A stretch of 64,000 nucleotides of DNA, taken from assembly GCA_010093995.1 (NCBI GenBank), contig ML992517.1, forward strand, positions 324,677-388,676, in the 5' to 3' direction. Source of the DNA: Elsinoe ampelina (Eukaryota). Positions 47,643 through 60,985 of the stretch are shown piece after piece. The translations under genes were made by a program, and so were the position numbers. The stretch's first letter is position 1. The number at the start of each line of letters is the position of its first letter. Under the pieces are notes generated by a model, which did not search any database, was not told the DNA's origin, and was given only the letters and a program-made list of their open reading frames with translations.

Positions 47643-47886
47643 GCTTTGGCTGATGGGGCTGGGCTGATAGGGGGATCACAGGCAGGCTTGCCGGGTCTTA
47701 TGAGTTGTTGCAAAGGCACTACCATATTGGGAAGACCGATTTTTGCCGATGGCATTCTGCACGAGCACCAGGTACAACGTCACAACGACAAATACAAGGG
47801 CTTCACCGTTACTATCTGGCCTGAAGTGTTGTATTTTGGCGAATGCCTGCGATGCATACATGCTCCCAATCCTACTAGTTTGATAG

Positions 47887-48767
47887 TCATTTGGGGGCCG
47901 TATCGTTCCACTTGATATGAGTGACTCCATCAAACACCGGGCTGATGAAAACGTCGACCCGAGGATCCGTAACAATCTGAGTGTTGAACTCATTCAGTGC
48001 GTCACCGCAGTCTTGCCAGTACTTGCGGACATGATCGTTGAGCCAAGGGGCACAGTCCTTGCCGACCGAAAGACCACGAGCAAAGACTGTTGGATATCAG
48101 CAACGCATTCTGGGTCACGAACCAATGCATGGCCTTTGAAGACTTACCATTGTCGCAGAGGATGATGCCATTTGGAGACAGAAGTTTACGGTCGAGGATA
48201 GTTCGAACGTAGCCAGCATAGCCATCTTTGTTTGCGTCGACAAAGATGAGATCGAAATTTCCGTCGAGCTTATCCAGACTGCGATTGTTGTCAGCTGTAT
48301 TCATCTCGAGCGTCAGTGATTGTCTCACCTCTCTTGAGCTGGCCCTTCGATCAGCTTGACTCTGTCTTCCACACCAAGCCGGGCAAAGGCGGCCTTGGAT
48401 GCTGCTATCATCTTCTTGTTGAGCTCCAAAGTAATGATTTCAGCCTTTGTGTCCTTGGTGCCTTCGTACCAGGCAACGGCGCTATAGCCTGAGTAGCATC
48501 CGATCTCCAGCACTGTCCGACATCAGTGATGAGCGGAGGGTTTGGTACGTCAGTCGACATACCTCTCTTTGGCTTGCGATCCTTGGCCGTGAAGATCATC
48601 CACGACCCCTGCAGCTTGGATGACATTTTATCCGCATCGGAAAAGTGCGAGCGGGTGAAATCCCAATGGTCGAGTAGATTTGGGGGAATGGGAGTGGAGA
48701 GCTGCTCGCAGTAGTCACTAACTCGAGCCGCCACCTCTTCGTCAAAGGGAAGCACACTGCTGAGCAT
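47887..48767 (-). CDS. O-methyltransferase (CCoAOMT/catechol-OMT-like class I), 3 introns
   Basis: LEIGCYSGYSA, FDLIFVDANKDGY, GIILCDN|VFARG, DPRVD..SPVFDGVTHIKW. Confidence 0.9.
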
Positions 48768-49798
48768 CTTGGCAGATAACGAATGATGAATCTCTAGAAG
48801 GTTGATGGATATACCGTATCTCCGATGCCAGACGCTGTCTGCTTACGAGTACTTAAACGATGGAGAGACCACATAGCGCCGCCACCATACAGAGCATCAT
48901 TGACGGAAACGTGTCTTCATGATACCGCAAACCCACCATCAGAACCGTCGAAGCAACTTTTTCGGGCAGTCGACGGCATACCTACTACCAGATTAAACCA
49001 TGTCCACACGACCATGGACGGAGAAGCGACGAGTAGAGGCAAAGAGGCAGGTGCTCTTCGGAGTCGATGGCTGGATGAGATGGGTGGCTGCATCGCTAGG
49101 ACGGTCATTGATGAGTCAGGCTGCTCGAAGGTGTTCCGCGAGTAGCAATCTCTTCGGACCAGCGTCCTAATGCAGTGTGTTGAAGAAGAAGAGGAGTTGC
49201 AACCAAGAGCCAAAAACGATCAAGTTCGCCTCGGAGTTCTCGAAAAAGCCACCAAATTTGTCAGCGACGCGGATCAAAACACCGAATTTTGCCTCGTTCA
49301 GACGCTGCTTTCCTCCGACCAGATCTGGCAGTGATGGCGAGGCTCGGATCGGCATTTTTACGTGAGGACAGTGACCAAACAATCAGCGACCGGGCAAATA
49401 GGCAAGCGAAGTCCATGTGCCATGGTACATCGAGGCATACACCAAGTTCTATGGCACGATTTCCCGACCTGGACAGTCGAACCAGATCTGGGGAGTATCA
49501 CTTGACTATGATGGCGTATCAGTCCCGTGCTACCCTTTGTAGCTTCGTGATTACTGCGATGGCGAGGACTGGCAGCTCATCCTGGTGGCGTCCTGCCCTG
49601 CTCGGCAGCCCGCACGCCCAACCTGTCCCTCATGGCTTGATAGAGACTCCGGGCTGACCGGACGGATGAAACACAACAGGATGATACTATACACCTCACA
49701 CCATCAGAGTCAGCGACCTTGACATCACTGTTGTCACTGGTGCTCAAAGCCATACTTGACAGTTCCTTACAGGGACATGATCATTCATTGACTCCATC

Positions 49799-52700
49799 AT
49801 GCTACTGTCGAATGGGCTTGACGCCGGGCGATATGGCAGCAGTGGCATTCGAAGAGGATCCTCTTTGCGCATCAATGCTGATCAGGTCATGGGGATCACA
49901 CGGTCAATTGCTACAGTCGATGGAAAGATCGAACATGACTGCACACCATCGCAACTTGAGGTCATTGAAGCCGCCGGGTCGGATCTTGAACAGTCTGTCA
50001 TTTGTTGGGAATTACCTCGCGACATGGTAGCCAACTACGACGTCCTCAACTTGACATGGAAGCTCCTTGCGAGCCATCATGCGGCTCTTCGCACGAGTAT
50101 CCGCTATCGGAATCGTGACGAAAGCAAAATATACCAGAACCACATTCTTCCTGGTACCGGGGACGTACTCCTAGGTCGACTCGATGAGCTTCCACCTCTG
50201 GAGGCACCTCCTTGTTTGGCCATTCACGGAGCGTCAATCTCTCTTTCGCTCATCCTGTACATACATCCAGCTCTTTTGGACGGGACGTCTGTGAAGACAT
50301 TGATACGGGACTTCTGGCAGATACTACGAGGTGACATCAACCTCAGAGTAAGACCCTTTTCATCATATCTACTTGACGTCAATTCCAAGGACTCGGACTC
50401 GGCCATGACCTATTGGCGCAAATCGATGCCGGTACCAAGTCAGACATTCTTACACGGCTTCACAGCTGAGCGTGATGGTCAATTCCGCTATACTACTGCA
50501 TCCAATTCTCAATTAGAGCGGCGTGAGCTTTCCAGATTGGCAGAAGAGACAGGCTGCCCCGAAAGTACCATCATCTACGCAGCTCTCGGTCTGAGTCTCT
50601 GGTATCATGGCAACGTTGGTAGTGACGGACAGCTTGTCATCGCTGTGAAAGGGCGAGATAGCAGTCTTATTGCTTCAGACTGTCTGGTCGAAAAGATTGA
50701 TCAGGAGTATCCTCTCGTTACCTCGATCGATCCTTCCTGTACTGTCAGGGAGCTCTTGAGATCGACGCAAGCAGCTGATACCGAAGCCTCTGCCATGGCG
50801 TGGATTGGTACACATGGTATTCGTCAGGCGACAACAGGCGAATATCCCAACATCAAGATCAGCATCGACCATGGTAGCCAATGGGACCTGTCCAGTAGCA
50901 CCAAGGACGATCATGATATTGCTATTCATGTTTCGCTCCAGGAGCACATTTCCATCAAAGCCCGTCATGATAACCGCATACCATCTCAGTCTATCAAGGT
51001 AATACTGGACCATTTCAGTACTGCCTTGTCTAGCATGGTGGCGAACCCTCACGAGCGGCTGGATAGGATTGAGGTCATATCAGCCTCCGAGAAGCGCCTA
51101 ATCATGTCAGTGGGTGAGGCTAAAAGCCGGTCAGTGGCGGACCTGGTCCATCGTCTGGTCGAACATCAAGTCAGATTGACTCCGCGGTCTCCAGCGGTGC
51201 AGTTTGAGAACGAAGAGGCGCTCACGTTTCGCGAATTGGACGCTAGAGCCAACCGACTGGCCAGGATTCTGGTCAGAAAATCTTTGCCGTTTGTTCCCCT
51301 GTGTATGGACAGGTCAATCAACATGATTCTGCTCATGTACGCCATCTTGAAGTCTGGATCTGCATACGTGGTACTGGATCCAGCTGTTCCGATTGAGAGG
51401 AACCAGTTTATCATTACCGATGTTGGATCACCAATTGTCATTGTCGACCGAGGAAATGCAGGCCGTTTTCTTCGAGAATGGGTGATTGAAGACCTGATCG
51501 AGCATTCCATCGTCGAATCCGATGAGCCCCTTTCACTGCGAACCTCTCCAAAAGATCCTGTATACGTCATATATACATCTGGATCGACTGGAAAACCAAA
51601 AGGTGCCCTTCACATACACGAATCAGCCACTTCAGGACTCGCTGCGTTTCCATTCCTCCCCAATTTGAGACAGCTGTTCTTCCACAATCCAATCTTTTCT
51701 GCTGCACAAAGATCAATATGGTCAACTTTGAAGCAGGGCGGATGTCTTTGCATTGCAAGCAAGGAGAATCTGACTGTTCACATCAATCGTACCATCAACC
51801 TGATGGAAGTCAATGTTATCGACGTCACTCCATCCACTGCTCTACTCATTCAACCTGGGACGGTTCCAACATTACGCAGGATGACAGTAGCTGGAGAGTT
51901 GATCAACCCAGCTTTGGTGCCAGCCTGGGTGAATGAGTTGGAGCTCCTCAACGCTTATGGTCTGACTGAGAATACTCAGGTCAACTGGAGGCAGCAGCTG
52001 ACACTTGACAAAAACCCGCAGAATATTGGGAGGCCCACAGACACAACCACTTCCTATGTCCTGATTCCTGGGACAACCAGACTCGCTCCTCTACTTGTCC
52101 CAGGAGAGCTCTGCCTTGGGGGACATCAACTAGCCATCAAGTATCTCAATAGGCCAGAAAAGACGGATGAAGTCTTCATCAGCAACCCCTTCGGCTCCGG
52201 TCGTCTGTATCGCACTGGTGATCTGGTTTTGGCTCAACCCGACGGATCCATTGAAATGATTGGCAGGATCGACTTCCAGGCCAAAATCGACGGTCAGCGG
52301 GTCGAGCCGGGGGACTCCAATTCGATCCTACAGGCTCATCCAGATGTGTATACGTCGGCGGTTGTTTCAGCTCAGGTAGGCCACCGGAAAGCGTTGGTGG
52401 CTGTCGTTGTGCCCAAGGTCAGGTCGTCATGGCCGAGACTACATACTGAGCTGAGGGAGCTCTTGGGTCAGAAGTTGCCCAACTACATGGTACCATCGTT
52501 CTGGCTACCAATTACAGACCTTCCTCTCAACGTGAATGGCAAAGTTGACATTCCGCAATTGACCAAGTCGGTGGAGAAAATGGGTCGGGCTCACCTCCTC
52601 GGTGCCGCAAATCGCTTTGCCGCCGAAGCGGAACCAGGATCTGAACTTAACTCTGCCGCCATCAAGACCGCAACCACTTCACCCCAAATCAATGGAACCT

Positions 52701-55700
52701 CGCAGATGACCGCAGTAGCACTGAAACTACGGGATATCTGGGCAGAAGTACTCATGCTGGAACCATCATACATCTCACCCCAAGACTTGTTCCAATCACT
52801 TGGTGGATCCTCTCTGGACGCAGTACGGGTCATATCCAAGTGTCTTCAGTCGCAGATGAAACTCACAGTGGCCGATCTGTTGATCATGCCATTGAGTAAG
52901 CTCGCAAAAATGGTGCAGGATGTCCACCAGACAAATGGCCTACATCCGGAACAAGTCATTGTCTCCCTTCCGAGAAACGCCCCCATAGAGCCGGAGGAGG
53001 TTTTGGACGTCTTTCCAGCGTCACCGATACAAGAAGCGTTTCTTGCGGACACTTTGAGAGGTAACACCTACTACATCTATCGAAGATACTACCGCCTGAA
53101 TGGCCGTAGTTCGGAGCAGGTCCAGCATGCCCTGCAACAACTTCTACCTTCTCACCCTGTGCTGAATTCGACATTCATCACCGATAAGAGGACCTTTCTT
53201 CAGGTCATCCTGAAGAAGCCTTGTTTGTCTTGGCAAGAAGAGACTACAACCTCACTAGGCCAGTATTCGTCAAGATCTAAGCATGTCTTCGAATTCGGAC
53301 ATAGTCATGTTCATTTCACACACCTGCAGGATGATGTCTTGGCCATTACTATACATCATGCACTCTTCGATCACTGGTCCAATGGATTCCTTGTCGATGA
53401 TGTAGAAGCAGTTCTCCGTGGCAAAGTGTCTATCGCTCGTCCCTCTGCCAGACCATTGGTGGCGCATATCATGTCGCAGGACACTGCAGCGACGAAGACG
53501 TACTGGCAGCAGAACTTCGCTGCTTCGCCAAAGACTCTGCTGGATAGAAATGGATCCGACTTCGTCGCAGTGTTTGCAAAGGCAGTGCAAGGTGTTGGAG
53601 ACTTCGCCAAGACGCACCGCATCTCCGCAGGTGCATTGGTGTTTGCCGCCTGGTCTGTTGTGCTTTCTCTGTATACTAAACAGACTGATGTCATGTTCGG
53701 CGCTATGCTATCTGGACGAGATAGTCCCGTCCCGGGCGTCCTCGAGGTGGCGGAACCGACCGTGACCACAGTGCCCTTTCAAGTCAAGCTCCGAACTGAG
53801 ACCGCTGCTGTGGAATTTGCCAAACAGATCCAGGAGCAGGTCTGGGTGTCCTCCGTGCAAGGACGTATCGGTCTACGCCGAATCTTGCAATACACTGGTA
53901 TCTCCTCGGACGATTTCGACACTCTGGTCAACGTGTTCATCAAGCCGGAAGGCAGGAAGATTGACCATGAGAGGATCCTACAGCCGATCCCTCCATTCGA
54001 GCCCAATTTCGTAGAGCAGACCATGCTGGAAGGAGGACTGTCCGACGATGGTCTTCATCTTCGTCTACTCTCGAGGCTGCCCCATGATCTCGGCACAACT
54101 ATACTGGACAAAGTCTGCTTTGTGCTTGAAACGATGCTAATAGATGCAAATGTCGACGTTATGCATCTCCGAGACTTGGCGAAAGCATCAGATCTTCGGC
54201 CCACGCAAACGATAGCGCCGGATGCTCCTGCTCTGCTCGCACATAGTCTTTTCGCCAGAATGGCGGAGCGTCACCCAGAGAAGGCGGCTCTCGTGGATAT
54301 ATCTGGTGGTATGACATACAGAGAGTTCGATATAGCATCGTCAAACTTCGGCAAGGTACTCGTTGGCCACGGTATCAGGCGAGGAAATATCGTCCCTTTG
54401 CTTCTCACTAAGAGCATCTCGACACTCGTTGCGATTTTCGGAATACTCAAGGTTGGTGCGGCGTTCACCCCACTCGATCCCAAGAACTCAAAGGAGCGCA
54501 ACACATTTGTGATACAGGACGTGGACGCTAAGCTGCTCATATCTGATGGCGCTAATCGGCATCTGTTATCCGGCATGGATATAGAGATTGTCAACATGGA
54601 TACGGCCATGGTCGCCTCCACCGACGTGAGCGATGCTGCAGTAGGCCGTGACCTGCCAGGACCTACACCGGAAGACATGGCATACACCATCTACACCAGT
54701 GGATCTACTGGTACCCCAAAAGGGGTCAAGGTATCACATGAAGCAGTAGCAGCCTCCACAGAAGGTATGATCGAGGCTTGCAATGTCAATGACAAGTGGA
54801 GGGCCCTTTGGTTCTTGAACTATGTCTTTGACGCTTCGTACTTTGACGTCTTCACGATTCTCAGCACCGGTGGCACCCTTTGCATAGCTGCTCAAGACGA
54901 CTTGATCAATGACCTCGCCAATCACATCAAGCTCTTTGATGTCCAGCAACTCATGATCACGCCGACGGTAGCAAAGCTGATCACGCCGGGAGATGCTCCG
55001 AGCCTGAACACGCTCTTGGTATGCGGTGAGCCCATCACGCCGCATGTGACTGAAGTCTGGGCTTCGCATCTGGATGTCTACAATGGATATGGTAGGTGCT
55101 GGCAGATTCTCTGAAAAGCGCTGATGCTGACGAGCCGAAAGGTCCTACCGAAGCTACAATCCTGATGACCGTCGCTCGGGTCCAACCGGGCAGCAATCTC
55201 AAAAGTATCGGCAGACCTATGAAACATGTGACGGCCTTGATACTTTCACCTGATGGTACGAAGCAGCTACCAATCGGCGAGATTGGTGAACTGTGTGTCG
55301 CGGGCAAGCAGGTCTGTATGGGGTACCACAAGCGACCTGATATCACCGCTCGAAGTTTCCAGGAGCTAGAGGACGGCTCTGTGGTATACCGAACAGGTGA
55401 TCTAGCTCGTATCTTGGCTAATGGAGAGATCGAGTGTTTCGGCCGACTGGACAATCAGGTCAAACTGAACGGGTACCGCATTGAGCTGGGCGAGATCGAG
55501 AACACTTTGTACAGGGAAGCCTCGGAGATTCTGGAGGCCTGCGTTGCTCTTGTTCGCACTGGGAGCAATGAGAAGAAGCAATTGGCAGTCGTATATGTTC
55601 CTCGAAGCAACAAAACCGCCCAAGCTATTTCGTTCCTTGATTCAGCGACTTCAATCGATCCTCAAATCTTGGCCTCGAGACTCGGCTCCTTACCACAGTA

Positions 55701-57408
55701 CATGGTCCCTCGACTCTTTGTTCCAGTCTCGACAATGCCTCTTCTTGCGTCGGGCAAGATCGACCGTCGTAGAATTGCGACCATGCTTGCAGAAGCAGAC
55801 GACGGGCAGCTCGCAGCATACATGGCGCTTCTTGGCTCGGACGATGCCGAGGTGACTGCCAATTCTTCGCCCCATGAGGAGACTTTGCGGGAGTTGTGGG
55901 CGGCCCTTTTCGATGTGGGTGCCGACGCACTCAACCCAACAACGAGCTTCTATCAACTGGGAGGGGACTCCATCACTGCGATTCAGCTGTCTGCAACATT
56001 GAGGAAGGCAGACATGATTGCATCTGTCGACGATATATTGGCCAACCCAATCCTGCGGAATCAAGCCCATCGGATCAGGCGTGGCAAGGCATTGGTCTCT
56101 GAGAATGTATCATTCACGCCCAGCGTAGCAGACTTGCATCGACTGGCAGCTGCAGGAGTTGCAGAAGACATGATCGAGGACATGTATCCCTGCGCCCCAG
56201 GTCAGGCTGAATTTCTCACACAAGGTCAAAAGAACGAACAATTTTGGCAATTGATGACAGTCCGCCGATTACCTCCTGGATTTGACGTTGATCGTTGGGT
56301 CGAGCTTACAAGGGAACTGACAAGAGTCAACCAGATTCTTCGATCCATGTACGTCAAATCGGACAAGAGCCAGTGGTTGCAGGTCGTTCTCAAAGATCCC
56401 GTGGTCGATGTGCAATACTTCCACTCGAAGGATGAGACCACCAGTAGCGATGCCATCAAGACGCAGTGGGACGGGCTCTTCCAACTTGGCCGACCGTTCG
56501 TGCGGTACCTCGTCATAGTCAACAAGGACAAGTCGATGGATTTGGTAATCAAGCTCGATCATGCCATGTACGACGGGACCTTGCTCCGCATCTTCGACGA
56601 GCAATTCTGCGCCCTGCGAGACGGTCAAGCATTGCCTCAGATCGTTGAGTTTCGAGACTTCCTCCGACACTGCCGACAAGCCGACCGACAAGCCATGCTG
56701 ACCTTCTGGAAGGACATGCTCCAAGACAGCAAATTCGACTACCCCTCGCAACTCAGCAACCCACACGCCACGGGCGTCACATCCCTCAAAATCGACCTCC
56801 CCGTGCAGGCCTATGCTAGCAGCACAGCCACAACACCGGGCACCGTCTTCCAAGCAGCCTACACCATCCTCCTCAGCGACCTCAGCGCCAGCTCGGACGT
56901 GCTCTACGACTACCTCCTCACAGGGCGCAACGTAGACATGGACAACCCGCAAACGATCAACGGGACCTGCGCCAACTTCCTCCCTTTCCGCGTGGTGGTG
57001 GACAAGAACATGCCCGTGGCCGAACTCCTCCGCAAAACGCAGTCGCTGTTCTGGAAAGTCACCGAGAACGGCCTCGTGAGTCTGGGGGATATTCACGACG
57101 CGATGGGCGCCGACCGGGACGAGGCGGGCGCCAAGACGCTGTTTTTGTATCAGCCTTTTGAGCCGGCCACGGGGCCGCAGGATCCGATGAGGTGGATCGT
57201 CATGGCGATGAGTAGGGTTACGATGCACGTGAATTATGCGTTGATGTTGGAGGTGTTTAAGGATGTGAAGGGGAATAGGCTGAAGTTGCAGTTTGATGAG
57301 AGGGTGTGGTCGAAGGAGGAGGCGGGGGGGATTGTGAGGAGGTATGAGGAGATTTTGGGGAGGATGGTGGTGGTGGGAGGGGCAGGGGTGGTGGGGGAGT
57401 GTTTGTAG
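49799..57408 (+). CDS. Bimodular NRPS, C-A-T-C-A-T-C (~2519 aa, one intron 55092-55141)
   Basis: Two YTSGSTGxPKG and YRTGD A cores; T domains LGGSSL (~52800) and LGGDSI (~55960); C motifs HPALLDG, HHALFDH, DHAMYDG; intron joins NGYG|PTE. Confidence 0.95.
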
Positions 57409-58240
57409 ATTCTCGTCATGTGTTCGCTTTGTTCGTTCATTACAGGAGAAGTATGGTCTTATATCCACATCAGGTAGAAGATGTCATGCCAGATCTCACA
57501 TCACACACTCAGTAGAACGCACCACCTATCATGGGCGAGTGTAAAAGACTGTCGATCTTTATTTATGATGAGGGGCGAACAGGTGGGGAAACAGCGTCAC
57601 GACTTGGACGATTTGAGATCCCTTGGATGGGCGTTTGACCGATCTCGGTGACGATGAACCACATGGAAACGTCGATTATCTGGCGATCAAGATCTCAACA
57701 TCTCCTGTCTGTTTACTCTATTTTTCCGGACACCATTTCAACATTCTACACCAAGCAGACACCCTCATTGTCCTACTACACCCGCCATACACGCCATCCC
57801 ACCCTGGTAAGCTGAGCTCTAAAAGCGGGACACAAGGTAAGCCACTCGGACGCCTTGCATAGACCTCATTTCATTTCGAATCCATCTCATCTCAACATCA
57901 TGTCCCTTCATGGCCTGTCTGTCTATACCATCCGAACTTCTCATGATCAGTCATGACGGTCGATTGGCTGACGGGAGTCTTCCCAGACCAGTATCGGGTG
58001 CAGAAACCCGGCGGCCGGTCCTCACCACGTAGGCCTCGAGCTCCGCAGCTTCTAGACAATCTCGAGTTCGGCTTGGGTTCCACCACACAATTCTACGGCA
58101 CGAGGCATGCTGATACTCGGTCGACACGGCCTATCGGATTGGGAGAGCCAGGACAGGTCCCTGCTCCACGCGTGACGGTCCCTCTAACAGCCAAGGATAC
58201 TGCCAGGGTCTGCAGCATTCGATTCGTGCTGAGCGGACAG

Positions 58241-59824
58241 ATGGCTTCCGATAAGGCTTCGCTTTTGTCGCTACCGGATGAGCTCCTCGACCTCATATTC
58301 TCGCATTTCTTGGACGACCCCTACACAGAGTCCAAGCTGTGGTCGGTGACATTGTCACTCCCTGAGCCATCTGAGCTTGTCCGGAATGCCACATCATCCC
58401 GCCGACCAAACTATGGCCGATACGCTCTCCGATCACTATCAAGTGTATGCCATAGACTGCACCAGCTAGCTACGCCATGGCTCTACCACACGTTCCCGAC
58501 CTCGACTGCAATGTGGTATCCCGTCACTAATCGAATCCCACTCCGGACCTGTCAATTCCTAGTATCACTACTGGTGAATCCGTCACTGGCCAAGCACGTA
58601 CGACGGTTAGTGCTACATCCACTTGCAGCTACTTGGTGGGCTCACGAGAGTCCATTCTACCCGTCACAACCACCCGAATATGCCATCCAGTCCAGGAGAC
58701 TCGAGTCCATCACGAGCATCCGAGAGAACATCGACAAGCTCGGCATAGGTGGTAGTCAACTCTCGACAGCCTTTCGAATCCGACTACACTCGGCATCTCG
58801 CATGGAGGGCTTCGTGGCAGATCGGATCCGAGGATATGAGCCCATTGAAGCTCAACTCCTACTAGCAATCACCCCTCGACTTGAGACCTTGATCTGGTCG
58901 GACTGGCGGAGTGAAGCTGGACCAGAGGTCGCCAATATGCTCCGCCATGTCAATGCTACCAATCTAAAGACACTGATTGTCGACTACGCCTTCGACCTCG
59001 GTACCCTTGACCAGTGGGGGAATCTCGGCCGCTTTCAAACAACTCAGACCAGCATTTCCTGCGGCTGTGAGAGAGTATACTATACCCACTCGCCGGGTGA
59101 TGTGCCCCGAGGAATGAACACCACACCAGTCAATACTTTAACACTTAGCCGCACTCGATCGCTGTCACCCATGTCTTCCCTGCGTCTCATCTCTCCCTGC
59201 TCTACCGGTCTCCGCACCCTTCTCGCGACTCTCCCTGGTCTACGAAGCCTCCACATCCGCCTCACGGTGGACTTTCACATGCGAGACATCTCTCAGTCGT
59301 GGGGCCGTGTAGCAGGGTCCTGGACGGATGTTCTCTCGGACATTGGCGCCAACCCTGCCTTACTTGACACCATAGAAGACCTGGTACTGGACTCTGTCGT
59401 CAAAAACCCCGAGGAAGGAATGATGACGACGGACAATTGGCCCATCCATGCTAGCTCGCTACATGCTTTTCAACGCTTAAAGAGCCTAGAGGTGCATCAA
59501 TCTGCTTTCATCTCCTTCTCACCCTCGTCATCGTTCCCCACGAACCGCAGACCCATCGCCGAGGTCGTTCCAGAGACACTGGAGAGGTTGAAGATATTGT
59601 GCTTCGACGCCGGACTACTAGGGCAGATGGATGAATTTGTACAAATACTGCCAGCGACTTATAAGGTCTTGAAAAGGCTTGAAGTGCAGACGGGGGACTT
59701 TTGCTGTTTCGATGTGAATCGAGCATATCCTCCACATAATCTAGTCAGAAGCAGTGAGGATCATATTGAAGGGCTGTACAGGCGTTGTAGAGAGCGGGGC
59801 GTAGACTTTGTGGAGATGGCTTGA
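58241..59824 (+). CDS. F-box-like protein with leucine-rich C-terminus
   Basis: LLSLPDELLDLIFSH..LRSLSSVCHRLHQLATPWLY; LxxLxL repeats downstream. Confidence 0.75.
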   Translation: MASDKASLLSLPDELLDLIFSHFLDDPYTESKLWSVTLSLPEPSELVRNATSSRRPNYGRYALRSLSSVCHRLHQLATPWLYHTFPTSTAMWYPVTNRIPLRTCQFLVSLLVNPSLAKHVRRLVLHPLAATWWAHESPFYPSQPPEYAIQSRRLESITSIRENIDKLGIGGSQLSTAFRIRLHSASRMEGFVADRIRGYEPIEAQLLLAITPRLETLIWSDWRSEAGPEVANMLRHVNATNLKTLIVDYAFDLGTLDQWGNLGRFQTTQTSISCGCERVYYTHSPGDVPRGMNTTPVNTLTLSRTRSLSPMSSLRLISPCSTGLRTLLATLPGLRSLHIRLTVDFHMRDISQSWGRVAGSWTDVLSDIGANPALLDTIEDLVLDSVVKNPEEGMMTTDNWPIHASSLHAFQRLKSLEVHQSAFISFSPSSSFPTNRRPIAEVVPETLERLKILCFDAGLLGQMDEFVQILPATYKVLKRLEVQTGDFCCFDVNRAYPPHNLVRSSEDHIEGLYRRCRERGVDFVEMA

Positions 59825-60985
59825 TGGAGCCAACGGCTTTTGGCCCCCATCTGCACGATAATTGCGGCCTCGAAGGCAGCGAAATACCCAGTCCAGATGA
59901 ACTTCAGCCCTTGCACTAGACCCGACAACCTGCATGATCGCCTGGTCAATCTCCTTCAGAAAGCCTGTCCTAGAGGTGGACAGGGTCTCTAACCTGATTT
60001 TCGGGGGAGCATACTCTTCGGCAGCCACCAGAAACCTCAATTGGCAAAGCTGAGCAGAACGCGCTTGGTATGAAGAGAATTGATCTCCGCCTGACGAGAC
60101 TCGGGTGTCTGGATTCGGTACCGAGCTTTAGAATCTCACCTGGAGCATTATGCACTAGCCCCACCCTTCAGCGATGGGGCAGTCGTCCTCCGACCAATGC
60201 AGGGAAAGGTCTCTTGTCCTAAGGGAATCTATATCTGTCTCACGTGAGGGTCCACCGGTCCGTGTGACCATCGCTTGGTGGAGCTTCATCGCTTACTGAC
60301 GTCCAACTGCCCACATGTCAACTGGCAAGCTCTAGCTCACTCTGAGTCTCGCCGTCAGGACCGTGCACTCGGCGTCGCTGCATGAATGGACCCGATATGG
60401 GCTTGGGAGGAGGTGGTGCAGGGCTGGCTCTCTTCATTGTTGGTCGTCCGAGGCCCCACGGTTGGAGCATGGATACCCAATGATACGACAAGACCGACAC
60501 GACCTGCATGCCATGCTTCGGTACCAGGGATCTCAGGGGGCGCTGCACGGTGTTCTCCAAGCGAAGCAGAGATGGCACAGCGTTCAGATGAGTCTTACGC
60601 CACATGAGATCTTGTGAAGGCTGGGCCATGTTCATAATTGGATGGATCGAGTTTGACAGAGAATCTCTAAACTCAATATCCTCTCCTGAGAGTCAGACGA
60701 AATCACTTCCGGCAGGCGTCGGTGTGATTTGCAGCGCGGGCCTTTGATTGAACACCTCAGCTGCCTTGGAAGAGCGTGATTATGGTATAGCGCATGGATG
60801 CAAAGGTCGGTTGAAGTGGCACGGGCAGCAAGCGAACGGAGAGGCGCTGGAAGTCCTGCTCTGCCAATCAGAAGCACACCTACTACATATTTTCCTATTG
60901 CCTCGTTCTTGAATGCTATATTTTTTCTTGATCTTGGAGAGCTCATCGTGGAGTGAGGGCGATTGGGGACCTGACTTGTGCCCTT

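Noticed and set aside
56269..57468. 399-aa antisense ORF (also 20142-20960, 16066-16836 and similar)
   Set aside because: Shadow ORFs from GC-rich codon bias on the opposite strand of real genes
57953..58240. N-terminal extension of the F-box ORF
   Set aside because: F-box motif begins right after Met at 58241; the extension has no protein-like signal
59830..60980. Short ORFs between F-box and SDR genes
   Set aside because: No recognisable motifs; convergent intergenic region
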